DNA of 64,000 nt. Source: Camelus ferus (Eukaryota). Shown here in pieces: positions 52,201 to 64,000 of this stretch. The translations under genes and the position numbers were made by a program. Location of the stretch: contig NC_045697.1 of NCBI RefSeq assembly GCF_009834535.1, forward strand, positions 119,972,001 through 120,036,000, written 5' to 3'. The notes under the pieces are model-generated. The model did no database searches. It had not been told where the DNA came from and saw nothing but the letters and a program-made list of their open reading frames with translations. How positions within the stretch are numbered: the first letter of the stretch is position 1; each line of letters begins with the position of its first letter.

Positions 52201-55200
52201 TCAGTATAACAGAACATATCTTTCTGTGTGTGAGGGAGTAGGAAAACACACTCCAGGCATTTTTATGAGGATCCATGATTTCCCAGGTTAGGAGATGTCG
52301 GCTAGATTCCTTCAATGCCCATGTTGATGTATTGACTTCTTCTTCGATTTCAAGCCCAACTCCCAAAATTCCCTTGCATCCTGGTCTAGGAATATACCCA
52401 GGGATGACAGTCTAAGTGATTTTTTCAGAACTATGATGCTGCTGTATTTTTTAGGAACTACCAGAAACTTAGGAATTTGGATCACTTCTATGCTTGGGGG
52501 TAGCTTTGGAGACCCACACCACAGAGATGGCTTGGGGCACAGGTTTTTCCCTGTTAGGGAGATGTCCGCTAATTACCTCCACAGTCCATAAAGGGTCACT
52601 CGCTGCAACATGGCTTTCCAGCGCAAGCGCAGCATTCCCTCGCAGGCCGGCCTGGGAAAACAATCAGGGATAATAATCCAGTGGTTCTATTGGAACCCAG
52701 GTGCTGCAGAACATTGTAGGATACTCCCCACACCGAGGAAAAGAGAACACTACTTTGTGTGTCTCATGAAGATTAGTAAAATATCTCCACGCTTGTTTCA
52801 GGGGTTAAGGTGTTGCTAGTTAGTGGGAGTTCAGAAAATTCCCACCAAAGCCCATGGGGAGGCACTCGATCCTGCTTGGATTTCCAGCCCAACCCACATC
52901 TTTCCCTCTCAGCACGGCCTGGGATAACACTCAGGGATAATATGCTATTGGTTGTATTGGAACCCAGTAGCTACCTATCTTTGTAGGCTCCTTCCCACAT
53001 CTGGGATAACAGAAGAAAACTTTGTGTGTCTGATGGAGATGGGTAAACAAACTCCACGCATATTTCAGGGGGCACAGGTGTTCCAAGGCTGTGGCACGTC
53101 GGAAAATTACCTCAAATTCTCATGGGGAATATCTCACTGCTGCTACGAAATTCAGCAAAACCCACAGCTTTACCTCGCAGCTAGACTTGTGTAAACACTC
53201 ACGGAAAAGAAAATACTGGTGCTATTAGAACCCAGGCACTGCTGATATTTGTAGAATCCTCCCCACACTCAGGATAGCAGAACACATTTTTGTGTGTGTG
53301 ATGGTGTAGAAAAATACACTCCAGGCATATTAATGGGGGTACAGCTGTTCCCAAGTTTGGAGATGTCGCCTAATTACCTCCACTGCCAATGGGGAGGCAC
53401 TCTATACTTCTTCGCTTTCCAGACTAATTCCCAGCTCTCCTTTGAAGCCCGGCCTAATGAAACACCTTGGGATGACAATATTAGCTATTCTATCAGAACA
53501 CCATCTCTGCTGACAGTTGGAGGTACAACACACACTCAAAATTCTGGAACATGTCTTTGCTTAGTGGAGGTATGGAGACCAACACCACAATATGCCTGGT
53601 TGCACAGTTTCTCTCTGTCTGGTAGAAGTCCGCTCATTACATCTACAATAAATTTCTGGGCAATCCTGGATAATTGGCTTTCCAGCCGATCCCCCAGTTT
53701 CCCTCGTAGCCCGCCCTGGAACACACTAAGAGATTATAAGCTAGTGGTTCTATTGGAACCCAGGCACTGCAGCCCGTATTAGGAAGCTCCGCACACGCAG
53801 GATTACAGAACACTTATTTTGTGTCTGATAGAGATGTTAAAAATTCCACGCATGTTCCAGCGGGTACAGTTTTACCTAGGTAGGGGGAGGTCAGATTATT
53901 CCCATTAATGCCCATGGGGAGGTAATCGCTCCTGCTTGGATTTCCATACCATCCCCCAGTTTCCCTTGCAACCCAGTCAGAGGAATCAGTCAGGAAATAT
54001 AGCTAAATTTTTATTAGAAGCCAGGCGCTGCTGACAGTTGTAGAATCCTCCCCATACACAGGGAAACAGAACACTTCTTTGTGTGTGAGATTGAGTAGAA
54101 CTAAACAGTACATGCATGTATCAGGGGTGCAGGTGTAACCAGTTTGAGAGACGTTGGCTAAGTATCTCCAGAGCCCATGGGGATGCACTCTGTTTTCTTC
54201 GATTTCCAGCCCTACTCCCAGCTTTCCCTTGCAGCCCGTGTTAGGAAAACACTCAGGGATGACAAACTAAATCATTCTATCAGAACCAGTGCGCTGCTGT
54301 ATGTGTGGAGGAACCTCAAAACACTCAGTATTCTGGAACACGTATTTGCTTGGTGCGAATTGTGAAGCCCCACAGCACACTCAATCATGGGGCCCAAGAT
54401 TTTCCCTTTTAGGGCCAAGTCCGCTAATTACCTCCATAGTCCATCTCTGGGTACTCACTGCTACTTGGATTCCCAGCCCAACCCCCATGTTTCACTTGCA
54501 GCCCGGCCTGGGGTAACACAGAGTGAAAAGAAGCTATTGGTGCTATTCGAACCCATGCCCTGCTGACAAATGTGGAAACCTTCGAACACTCATGATAACA
54601 GAACATATCTTTCTGTGTGTGATGGTGAAGGTAAACACACTCCAGGCATTTTTATGGGGATCCAGGTTTTCCCAGGTTGGGAGATGTCGTCTTGATTCCT
54701 TCAGTGTCCATGGGGTGGCACTGTCTTCTTCTTCCTTTTCAAGCCCAACTCCCAGCTGTCCATTGCAGCCCGGACAAGTGAAACACCCATGGAAGACAAA
54801 TAAGTGATTCTATCAGAACCCCGGCCTTGCTGTCTGTTGGAGGATCCTCCAAAGCTTCAGGATTCTGGAACACGTCTTTTAGTGTGGGGAGTTGTGGAAC
54901 CCCAATCCACGCAGATGGATGGGGTCACAGATTTGTCCCTGTTAGGGAGAAGTCTGCAAATTACCTCCACAGTGAATCTTGGGGCACTCGCTTCTTCTTA
55001 GATTTTCACTCTATCCCCCACTTTTCACTCGCAGCCCTGCCTTGTAAAACACTCAGTGATAATAAGCTATGTTTCTATTGGAACCCTGGTGCTGCAGACA
55101 ATTGTAGGTACCTCCCCACAATCAGAATAACAGAACACTAATTTGAGTGTCTCATTTAGATGAGTAAACTAAATTCACACATGTTTCAGTTTGTATAGGA

Positions 55201-57723
55201 GTTCCTAGGTTTTGGGAGGTCGGATATTTACATCCACTCTCCATGTGGAGTCCCTTGCAGTTGCTTGGATTCCAGCCCAACCCCCAGCATTCCCTCGCAT
55301 CCCTGCATGTGAAAACACTCAGCGAAAAAAGCTACAGTTTCTATAAGAACTAAGGCGCTCCTGACAGTTGTAGAAACATCCCTACACTAAGGAAAACAGA
55401 ACAAAGCTTTGTGTGTGTGATGGATTAGGAAAACACTGTAAGGCATGTGTCTGGGGTTCAGGTGTTCGCAGGTTGTGAAATGTTGGCTAATTACCTCCAC
55501 TGCCCATGCGGAAGAACTCTCTTCTTCTTCTATATCCAGCCCTAATCCTAGCATTCCCTTGAAGCCCGACCATGGAAAACACCCAGGGATGACAAACTAA
55601 ATAATTCTATCAGAACCAGGGTGCTGCTGTATGTTGGAGGAACCTCCAAACACTCAGGATCCCGGAACACGGATTTGCTTGGTACGAATTTTGAAGCCCC
55701 AGAGCACACTAATTGCTGGGGCCCAAGATTTTCCCTTTTAGGGCTAAGTCCGCTAATTACCTCCATAGTCCATCTCGGGGCATTCACTGCTACTTGGATT
55801 TAAAGCCCAAACCCAAACTTTCCCAGGCAGCCCGGCCTGGGAAGCACACAGGGAAAATATGTTATTGGTTGTAACGGAACCCAGTCTCTACCTACAGTTG
55901 TAGGAATCTTCCCACAACTAGGATAAAAGAAGAAACATTTGTGTGTGTGATGGAGATGGGTAAACAAACTCCAAGGATGTATCAGGGTGCTTAGTGTTTC
56001 CAAGGCTGTGGGACGTCGGAAAATTACCTCAAATTCTCATGCGGAGTAACTCGCTGCTGCTACGAAATACAGCCAAGCCCACAGCTTTACCTGGCAGCCA
56101 GGCCTGTGAAAAAACTCATGGAAAACAAAATACTGGTGCTACTAGAACCCAGGCATCCTGAAAGTTGTAGAATACTCCACACAATCAGGATAGCAGAACA
56201 AATATTTTTGTGTGTGTTGGTGTAGTAAAATAGACTCCAGGCATGTTTCTGGTGTTACAGCTCTTCCCAGATTTGGAGATGAGGCCTAATTACCTCCACT
56301 TCCAATGGGGAGACACTCTATACTTCTTCGCTTTCCAGACCAACTCCCTGCTTTCCTTTGAAGCCCGGCATAAGGAAACACCTAGGGATGACAATATTAT
56401 TGATTCTATGAGAAAACCCGCTCTGCTGCCTTTTGGAAGTACAACAAACACTCAAAATTCCGGAACATGGCTTTGCTTGGTGGAGGTATGGAGACCAACA
56501 CCACAAGATGCCTGGGGGCACAGGTACTCTCTGTTTGGGAGAATTCCGCTATTTACCTCTACAGTCAATCTCTGGGCAATCCTGGCTACTTGGCTTTCCA
56601 GCCGAACCAAGTTACCCTCGCAACCCGCCCTGGAAAACACTCAGAAATTATAAGCTAGTGGATCTATTGGAACCCAGGACCTGCAGAACTTTGTAGGAAA
56701 CTCCGCACACGCGGGATAACAGAACACATTTTGTGTGTCTGATTGAGATTCTAAAATCTCCACGCATGTTTCAAGGGGTACAGGTTTTCCTAGATTGGGG
56801 GTGTTCAGATTATTCAGAGTTAATGCCCATGGGGAGTTAATCGCTCCTGCTTGGATTTCCATCATATCCCCCAGTTTCCCTTGCAACCCAGTCAGAGAAA
56901 ACAGTCAGGAAATTTAGCTAAAGTTTCTATTGGAACCCAGGCGATGCTGACAGTTGTAGAAACTTCTCCATACACAGTTTAACAGAACACTTCTTTGTGT
57001 GTGTGAATGAGTAGGAAAACTGAGTCCATGCATGTCTCTGGGGTGCAGGTGTAACCAGGCTGTGAGACGTTGGCTAAGTATCTCCAGAGCCCATGGGGAG
57101 GCACTCAGTTTTTCTTCGTTTACAGCCCTACTCCCAGCTTTCCATTGCAGCCCGGGTTGGAAAACACCCAGGGATGACAAACTAAATGATTCTATCAGAA
57201 ATCAGGCGCTACTGTCTGTTGGAGGAACCTACACACACACAGGATTAACAAACACGTCTTTGCTTGGGGGAATTGTGAAGCCCCACTCCACACACATGCC
57301 TGAGGTCACAAGTATTTTCCTGTTAGGTAGAAGTCCGCTAATTACCTCTACAGACAATCATGGGGCACTCGCTTCTACTTGGAATTCCATCCCAACCCCC
57401 AGGATTCCCTTGCAGCCCGGCCTGGGGTAACACACGGGGAAAACAATCTACTGGTGTTATTAGAACACATGCGAGGCTGACATTTGTGGAAAACTTCGAA
57501 CACTCATGATAACAGAGCACATCTTTCTGTGTGGGATGGAGTAGTAAAACACACTCCAGTCATATTTCTGGGGATCCAGTTTTTCCCAGGTTGGGAGATG
57601 TCGGCTAGATTCCTTCAATGCCCATGTTGATGCATTGACTTCTTCTTCATTTTCAAGCCCAACTCCCAACTTTCCCTTGCATCCCGGTCTAGGATTATAC
57701 CCAGGGATGACAGTCTAAGTGAT
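40246..57723 (+). repeat. ~8,738-bp 33-mer HOR (13-mer + 20-mer), 2 full copies
   Basis: Paralogous ORFs at 40649/49389/58126, 42242/50981, 44556/53294, 45551/54289 and 46881/55621 (offsets 8737-8740). N-to-N spacings alternate between ~3435 bp (13 monomers) and ~5303 bp (20 monomers). Confidence 0.9.
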
Positions 57724-60700
57724 TTTTTCAGAGCTACGATGCTGCTGTATTTTTTAGGAACTTCCAGAAACTTAGGATTCTGGATCACTTCTATGCTTGG
57801 GGGTAGCTTTGGAGACCCACACCACAGAGATGGCTTGGGGCACAGGTTTTTCCCTGTTAGGGAGATGTCCGCTAATTACCTCCACAGTCCATCAAATTTC
57901 ACTCACTGCTACATGGCTTTCCAGCGCAAGCGCAGCATTCCCTCGCACTCCGGCCTGGGAAAACAATCAGGGATAATAAGCCAGTGGTTCTATTGGAACC
58001 CAGGTGCTGCAGAACATTGTAGGATACTCCCCACACACAGGAAAATAGAACACTTCTTTGTGTGTCTCAAGAAATTTCGTAAAAATTCTCCACGCGTGTT
58101 TCAGGGGTTAAGGTGTTGCTAGTTAGTGGGAGTTCGAGTAATACCCTCCAATGCCCATGGGGAGGCACTGGCTCCTGCTTGGCTTTACAGCCCAACCCCC
58201 AGCTTTCCCTCTCAGCCTGGCCTGGGAAAACACTCAGGGATAATATGCTATTGTTTGCATTGTAACCAAGTCGCTACTTACCGTTGTAGGCTCCTTCCCA
58301 CATCTGGGATAACAGAAGAAAATTTTGTGTGTCTGATGGAGATGGGTAAACAAATTCCACGCATGTTTCAGGGGGCACAGCTGTTCCAAGGTTGTGGGAC
58401 GTCGGAAAATTACCTCAAATTCTCATGGGGAGTATCTCAATGCTGCTACGAAATACAGCCAAACCCACAGATTTACCTCGCAGCTAGGCGTGTGAAAACA
58501 CTCACGGAAAAGAAAATACTGGTGCTATTAGAACCCAGGCGCTGCTGATATTTGTAGAATCCTCCCCACACTCAGGATAGCAGAACACAACTTTGTGTGT
58601 GTGATGGTGTAGAAAAATACACTCCAGGCATACTTCTGTGGGTACAGCTGTTCCCAGGTTTGGAGATGTCGCCTAATTACCTCCACTGCCAATGTGGAGG
58701 CAATCTATACTTCTTCGCTTTGCAGAACATTTCCCAAATTTCCCTTGCAGCCCGGCCTATTAAAACACCTAGGGATGACAATATTAGTGATTCTATGAGA
58801 AACCCATCGCTGCTGCCTCTTGGAGGTACAACACAAACTCAAAATTCTGGAACATGGCTTTGCTTGGTGGAGGTATGGAGACCAACACCACAAGATTCCT
58901 GGGGGCACATTTCTCTCTCTCTGGGAGAAGTCTTCTAATTACCTCTACAGTCAATCTCTGGGCACTGTTTGCTACTTGGCTTTCCAGCCGAACCCCAAGC
59001 TTTCCCTCACAGCCCGCCATGGAAAACACTCTGATATATTAAGTTAATGGTTCTATTGCAAGTCAAGCACTGCAGACCGTTGTAGGAACCTCCGCACACG
59101 CAGGATAACAGAAAAATTTTTTTGTGTCTCATTGAGATGGTAAAAGCTCCACGCATGTTTCAGGGTGTACTGGTGTTCCTAGGTTGTGGGAGTTCAGATA
59201 AATCCCACTACAGCCCATGGGGAAGTACTCGCACCTGCTTGGATTTCCAGCCCATCCCTCAATTTCCTTTGCAACCCAGCCTGAGTAAACAATCCGGAAA
59301 TATCGCTAAAGATTCTACCAGTGCCCCGGAGCTGCAGTCTGTTTTAGGAACTTCAACACACACAGGATTCCCAAACACGGCTTTGCTTGGAAGTGTTTTG
59401 AAGCCCCAATCCACAAACATGGCTGGGGGCCCAATTTATTCCCTGTTAGGGAGAAGTCCGCTAATTAGCTCTACAGTCCTTCTGGGGCACCCGCTGCTAC
59501 TTGGAATTCCAGCCCAACCCCCATTTTTCCCTTGCAGCCCGGCCTGGGTTAACACAGAGGGAAAAGAAGCTATTGGTGCTATTTGAACCCATGCCCTGCT
59601 GACAATTGTGTAAACCTTCGAACACTCAGGATAACAGAACATATCTTTCTGTGTGTGACGGGGTAGGAAAACACACTCCAGGCATGTTTCGGGTGCACAG
59701 ATTTTACCAGGATTGGAGATGTCGCCTAATTACCTCCGCTTCCAAAGGGGAGGCACTCTATACTTGTTCGCTTTCCAGACCAACTCCCACCTTTCCTTTG
59801 AAGCCCGGCCTAAGGAAACACCTAGGTTTGACAATATAAGCGATTCTATAAGAACACCCTCTCTGCAGACTGTTGGAGGTACAACACACACTCAAAATTC
59901 CGGAACATGGCTTTGCTTGGTGGAGGTATGGAGACCAACACCACAATATGCCTGGGGGCACAGTTTCTCTCTGTCTGGAAGACCGCTCATTACCTCTACT
60001 GTCAATCTTGGGCAATCCTGTCTAATTTCTTTCCAGCCGAACCCCCAGTTTCCCTCGCAGCCCGTCCTGGAACAAACTCAGATATTATAAGCTAGTGGTT
60101 CTATTGGAACCCAGACACTGCAGACTCTTGTAGGAAGCTCCACACACGCAGGATAACAGAACAATTATTTTGTGTATGATTGAGATGGTAAATTCTCCAC
60201 GCATGTTGCAGGGGGTACAGGATTTCCTATGTTGGGGGATTTCATATTATTCCCATTAACGTCCATGGGGAGGTAATCACTCCTACTTGGATTTCCATCC
60301 CATCCCCCAGTTTCCCTTGCAACCCAGTCAGAGGAATCAGTTAGGAAATTTAGCTAAAATTTCTATTAGAACCCAGAAGCTGCTGACAGTTGTAGAAAGT
60401 TCCCTATACACAGGGTAACAGAACACTTCTTTGTGTGTGTGATTGAGTAGGAAACAGAGCCCATGCATGTTTCTGGGGTGCAGGTTTAACCAGGTTTTGA
60501 TACGTTGGCTAAGTATCTACACAGCCCATGGGGAGGCACTCTGTTTTTCTTCATTTTCCAGCCCTACTCCCAGATTTCCCTTGCAGCCCGGGTTAGGAAA
60601 ACACCCAGGGATGACAAACTAAGTGATTATATCAGAACCCCGGCGCTGCTGTCTGTTGGAGGAACCTCCAAACCTTCAGTATTCTGGAACACGTCTTTGA

Positions 60701-63540
60701 GTGTGGGGAGTTGTGGAACCCCAATCCACGCAGATGAATGGGGTCACAGATTTGTCCCTGTTAGGGAGAAGTCTGCTAATTACCTCCACAGTGGATCTTG
60801 GGGCACTCGATACTTCTTAGATTTTCTGTCTATCCCCCAGTTTCCACTCACAGCCCGGGCTTTTAAAGCACTCAGTGATAATAAGCTATGTTTCTATTGG
60901 AACCCAGGTGCTGCAGACAATTGTAGGAACCTCCCCAGACTCAGAAAAACAGAACAAAATTTGAGTGTCTCATTTAGATGGGTGAAATAATCCACGCATG
61001 TTTCAGTTTTTATAGGCATTCCAAGGTTGTGGGAGTTTGGATAAATACATCCACTGTCCATGGGGAGTCCCTTGCAGTTGCTTGGATTCCAGCCAATCCC
61101 CCAGCATTTACTCACATCCCGGCCTGTGAAAACACTCAGGGAAAAAAGCTACATTTTCTATAAGAACTAAGGCGCTCCTGACAGTTGTAGAAACAACCCT
61201 ACACTAAGGAAAACAGAAGAAAGCTTTGTGTGTGTGATGGAGTAGGAAAACTCAGTAAGGCATGTCTCTGGGGTTCAGGTGTTCGCAGGTTGTGAAATGT
61301 TGGCTAATTACCTCCACTGTCCATGGGGAAGAACTCTCTTCTTCCTCGATATCCAGCCCTAATCCTAGCAATCCCTTGAAGCCCGACCATGGATAACACC
61401 CAGGGATGACAAACTAAATAATTATATCAGAACCAGGGTGCTGCTCTATGTTGGAGGAACCTCCAAACACTCAGGATTCTGGAACACGGATTTGCTTGGT
61501 ACGAATTTTGAAGCCCCAGAGCACACTAATTGCTGGGGCCCAAGATTTTCCCTTTTAGGGCTAAGTCGCTAATTACCTCCATAGTCCATCTCGGGGCATT
61601 CGCTGCTACTTGGATTTAAAGCCAAAACCCAAACATACCCAGGCAGACCGGCCTGGGAAGCACACAGGAAAAATATGTTAGTGGTAGTAACAGAACACAG
61701 TCTCTACCTACCGTTGTAGGAATCTTCCCACAACTAGGATAAAAGAAGAAACATTTGTGTGTCTGATGGAGATGGGTAAACAAACTCCAAGGATGTGTCA
61801 TGTTTCTTAGTGTTTCCAAGGCTGTGGGACGTCGGAAATTTACCTCAAATTCTCATGCGGAATAACTCGCTGCTGCTACGAATTAAAGCCATACCGACAG
61901 CTTTACCTGGCAGCCAGGCCTGTGAAAAAACTCATGGAAAACAAAATACTGGTGCTACTAGAACCCAGGCGCTCCTTAAAGTTGTAGAATACTCCGCAAA
62001 ATCAGGATAGCAGAACAAACATTTTTGTGTGTGTTGGTGTAGGAAAATACAATCCAGGCATGTTTCTGGTGTTACAGCTCTTCCCAGGTTTGGAGATGAG
62101 GCCTAATTACCTCCACTTCCAATGGGGAGGTACTCTATACTTCTTCACTTTCCAGACCAACTCCCTGCTTTCCTTTGAAGCCCGGCATAAGGAAACACCT
62201 AGGGATGACAATATTATTGATTCTATGAGAATCCCCGCTCTGCTGCCAGTTGGAGGTACAACACACACTCAAAAATCCGGAAAATGGCTTTGCTTGTGGA
62301 GGTATGGAGACCAAAACCACAAGAAGCCTTGGAGCACAGTTACTCTCTGTTTGGGAGAATTCCGCTATTTACCTCTACAGTCAATCTCTGGGCAATCCTG
62401 GCTATTTGGATTTCCAGCCGAATCCCCAGTTTCCCCCGCAGCCCGCCCTGGAAAACACTCAGAGATTATAAGCTAGTGGTTCTATTGGAACCCAGGACCT
62501 GCAGAACTTTGTAGGAAGCTCCGCACATGCAGGATAACAGAACACATTTTGTGTGTCTTATTGAGATTCTAAAATCTCCATGCATGTTTAAAGGGGTACA
62601 GGTTTTCCTAGATTGGGGGTGTTCAGATTATTCAGAGTTAATGCCCATGGGGAGTTAATCGCTCCTGCTTGGATTTCCATCATATCCCCCAGTTTCCCTT
62701 GCAACCCAGTCAGAGAAAACAGTCAGGAAATTTAGCTAAAATTTCTATTGGAACCCAGGCGATGCTGAGAGTTGTAGAATCTTCTCCATACAGAGTTTAA
62801 CAGAACACTTCTTTGTGTGTGTGATTGAGTAGGAAAACAGAGTCCATGCATGTCTCTGGGGTGCAGGTGTAACCAGGCTGTGAGACGTTGGCTAAGTATA
62901 TCCACAGCCCATGTGGAGGCACTCAGTTTTTCTTCGTTAACAGCCCTACTCCCAGCTTTCCATTGCAGCCCGGGTTGGAAAACACCCAGGGATGACAAAC
63001 TAAATGATTCTATCAGAAATCAGGCGCTACTGTCTGTTGGAGGAACCTCCACACACACAGGATTAACAAACACGTCTTTGCTTGGGAGAATTGTGAAGCC
63101 CCAATCCACACACATGGCTGAGGGCACAAGTTTTTCCCTGTTAGTTAGAAGTCGGCTAATTACCTCTACAGACAATCATGGGGCACTCGCTTCTACTTGG
63201 ATTTCCATCCCAACCCCCAGGATTCCCTCGCAGCCTGGCCAGTGGAAACAAACAGGGAAAAGGATCTACTGGTGCAATTAGAACACATGCGAGGCTGAAA
63301 TTTGTGTAAAACTTCGAACACTCATGATAACAGAGCACAACTTTCTGTGTGTGAAGGAGTATAAAACACACTCCAGGCATATTCCTGGTGATCCAGTTTT
63401 TCCCAGGTTGGGAGATGTCGGCTAGATTCCTTCACTGGCCATGTGGATGCATTGATTTCTTCTTCGTTTTCAAGCCCAACTCCCAACTTTCCCTTGCATC
63501 CCGGTCTAGGATTATACCCAGGGATGACAGTCTAATTGAT
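57724..63540 (+). repeat. 22-mer structural variant of the 33-mer (~5.82 kb, 11 monomers shorter)
   Basis: ORFs 56914/62732 and 57032/62850 are offset by 5818. At ~60628 a Y monomer directly follows Q, where the 33-mer has W'' X N M S T U P Q R/W X. Confidence 0.82.
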
Positions 63541-64000
63541 TTTATCAGAGCTACGATGCTGCTGTATTTTTTAGGAACTTCCAGAAACTTAGGATTCTGG
63601 ATCACTTCTATCTTTGGGGGTAGCTTTGGAGACCCACACCACAGAGATGGCTTGGGGCACAGGTTTTTCCCTGTTAGGGAGATGTCCGCTAATTACCTCC
63701 ACAGTCCATCAAGGGTCACTCGCTGCAACATGGCTTTCCAGCGCAAGCGCAGCATTCCCTCGCACTCCGGCCTGGGAAAACAATCAGGGATATTAAGCCA
63801 GTGGTTCTATTGGAACCCAGGTGCTGCAGAACATTGTAGGATACTCCCCACACAGAGGAAAATAGAACACTTCTTTGTGTGTCTCAAGAAATTTCGTAAA
63901 AATTCTCCACGCGTTTTTCAGGGGTTAAAGTGTTGCTAGTTAGTGGGAGTTCGGGTAATACCCTCCAATTCCCATGGGGAGGCACTCGCTCCTGCTTGGC

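Larger units (their letters stand above)
1..64000 (+). repeat. Tandem satellite DNA array, ~265-bp monomer, ~240 monomers, all head-to-tail
   Basis: The anchor motif TTCTATT/CRGAACCCAGG recurs at ~252, 514, 779, 1046, 1311, 1517, 1777, 2043, 2308, 2576, 2844, 3100, 3361, 3625, 3890, 4155, 4420, 4687, 4950, 5218, 5482, 5742 and onward to the window end. Monomers also share CTAATTACCTCC, CCCATGGGG and TTTCCCTTGCAGCCCGG-like motifs. No non-satellite sequence was seen. Confidence 0.98.
29506..64000 (+). repeat. Diverged (older) satellite layer with variable HOR modules
   Basis: Same monomer family, but paralogous units differ by many substitutions. It contains monomer N (TAGCTTTGGAGACCCACACC) at ~33901, 40246, 43684, 48987, 52421, 57724 and 63541, each followed by monomer M (GTGTTGCTAGTTAGTGGG). 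Confidence 0.92.

Noticed and set aside
63388..63939. Longest ORF (183 aa)
   Set aside because: It spans monomers X', N and M. Paralogous copies at 33.8, 40.2, 43.6, 48.9 and 52.3 kb are interrupted by stops or frameshifts, so there is no sign of coding constraint.
1..64000. Several hundred 60-183 aa ORFs on both strands
   Set aside because: They recur with the satellite period, overlap in all frames, change frame between near-identical copies and resemble no protein family I recognise. They are chance ORFs.
1..64000. CRISPR-like recurrence of short conserved motifs
   Set aside because: The intervening sequences are homologous to each other rather than unique spacers, the period is ~265 bp, and there are no cas genes.
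29506..64000. Possible transposon insertion or inversion in the diverged layer
   Set aside because: Monomer anchors continue on the + strand at ~265-bp spacing throughout. No poly(A) tail, target-site duplication, LTR or reverse-oriented monomer was seen.
1..64000. Tandem RNA-gene array (5S rRNA, tRNA, snRNA) as the explanation for the repeat
   Set aside because: No recognisable 5S, tRNA or snRNA sequence is present, and divergence is spread across the whole monomer instead of a conserved gene plus variable spacer.

Overview
The whole 64-kb window is one uninterrupted, single-orientation eukaryotic tandem satellite array of about 240 monomers of ~265 bp, probably centromeric or pericentromeric. 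I found no genes, RNA genes, transposons or CRISPR arrays, and the ORF track is spurious. Monomers fall into three classes (A1, A2, B), mostly in an A1-A2-B trimer rhythm, and can be sorted into about 14 subtypes (my labels P,Q,R,S,T,U,V,W,X,Y,Z,a,N,M). There are two layers. (1) From 1 to ~29.5 kb lies a homogeneous ~9,975-bp, 38-monomer higher-order repeat (HOR) in about 3 copies. Each copy is 6-mer + 16-mer(A) + 16-mer(B), and the 6-mer looks like a double-deletion derivative of the 16-mer. (2) From ~29.5 to 64 kb lies an older, more diverged layer containing subtypes N and M, which are absent from layer 1. It is built from 20-, 24-, 13- and 22-monomer modules, including a ~8,738-bp 33-mer (13+20) HOR. 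The window therefore captures the edge of a young HOR expansion against an older layer. Coordinates and counts were read by eye; no alignments were computed.
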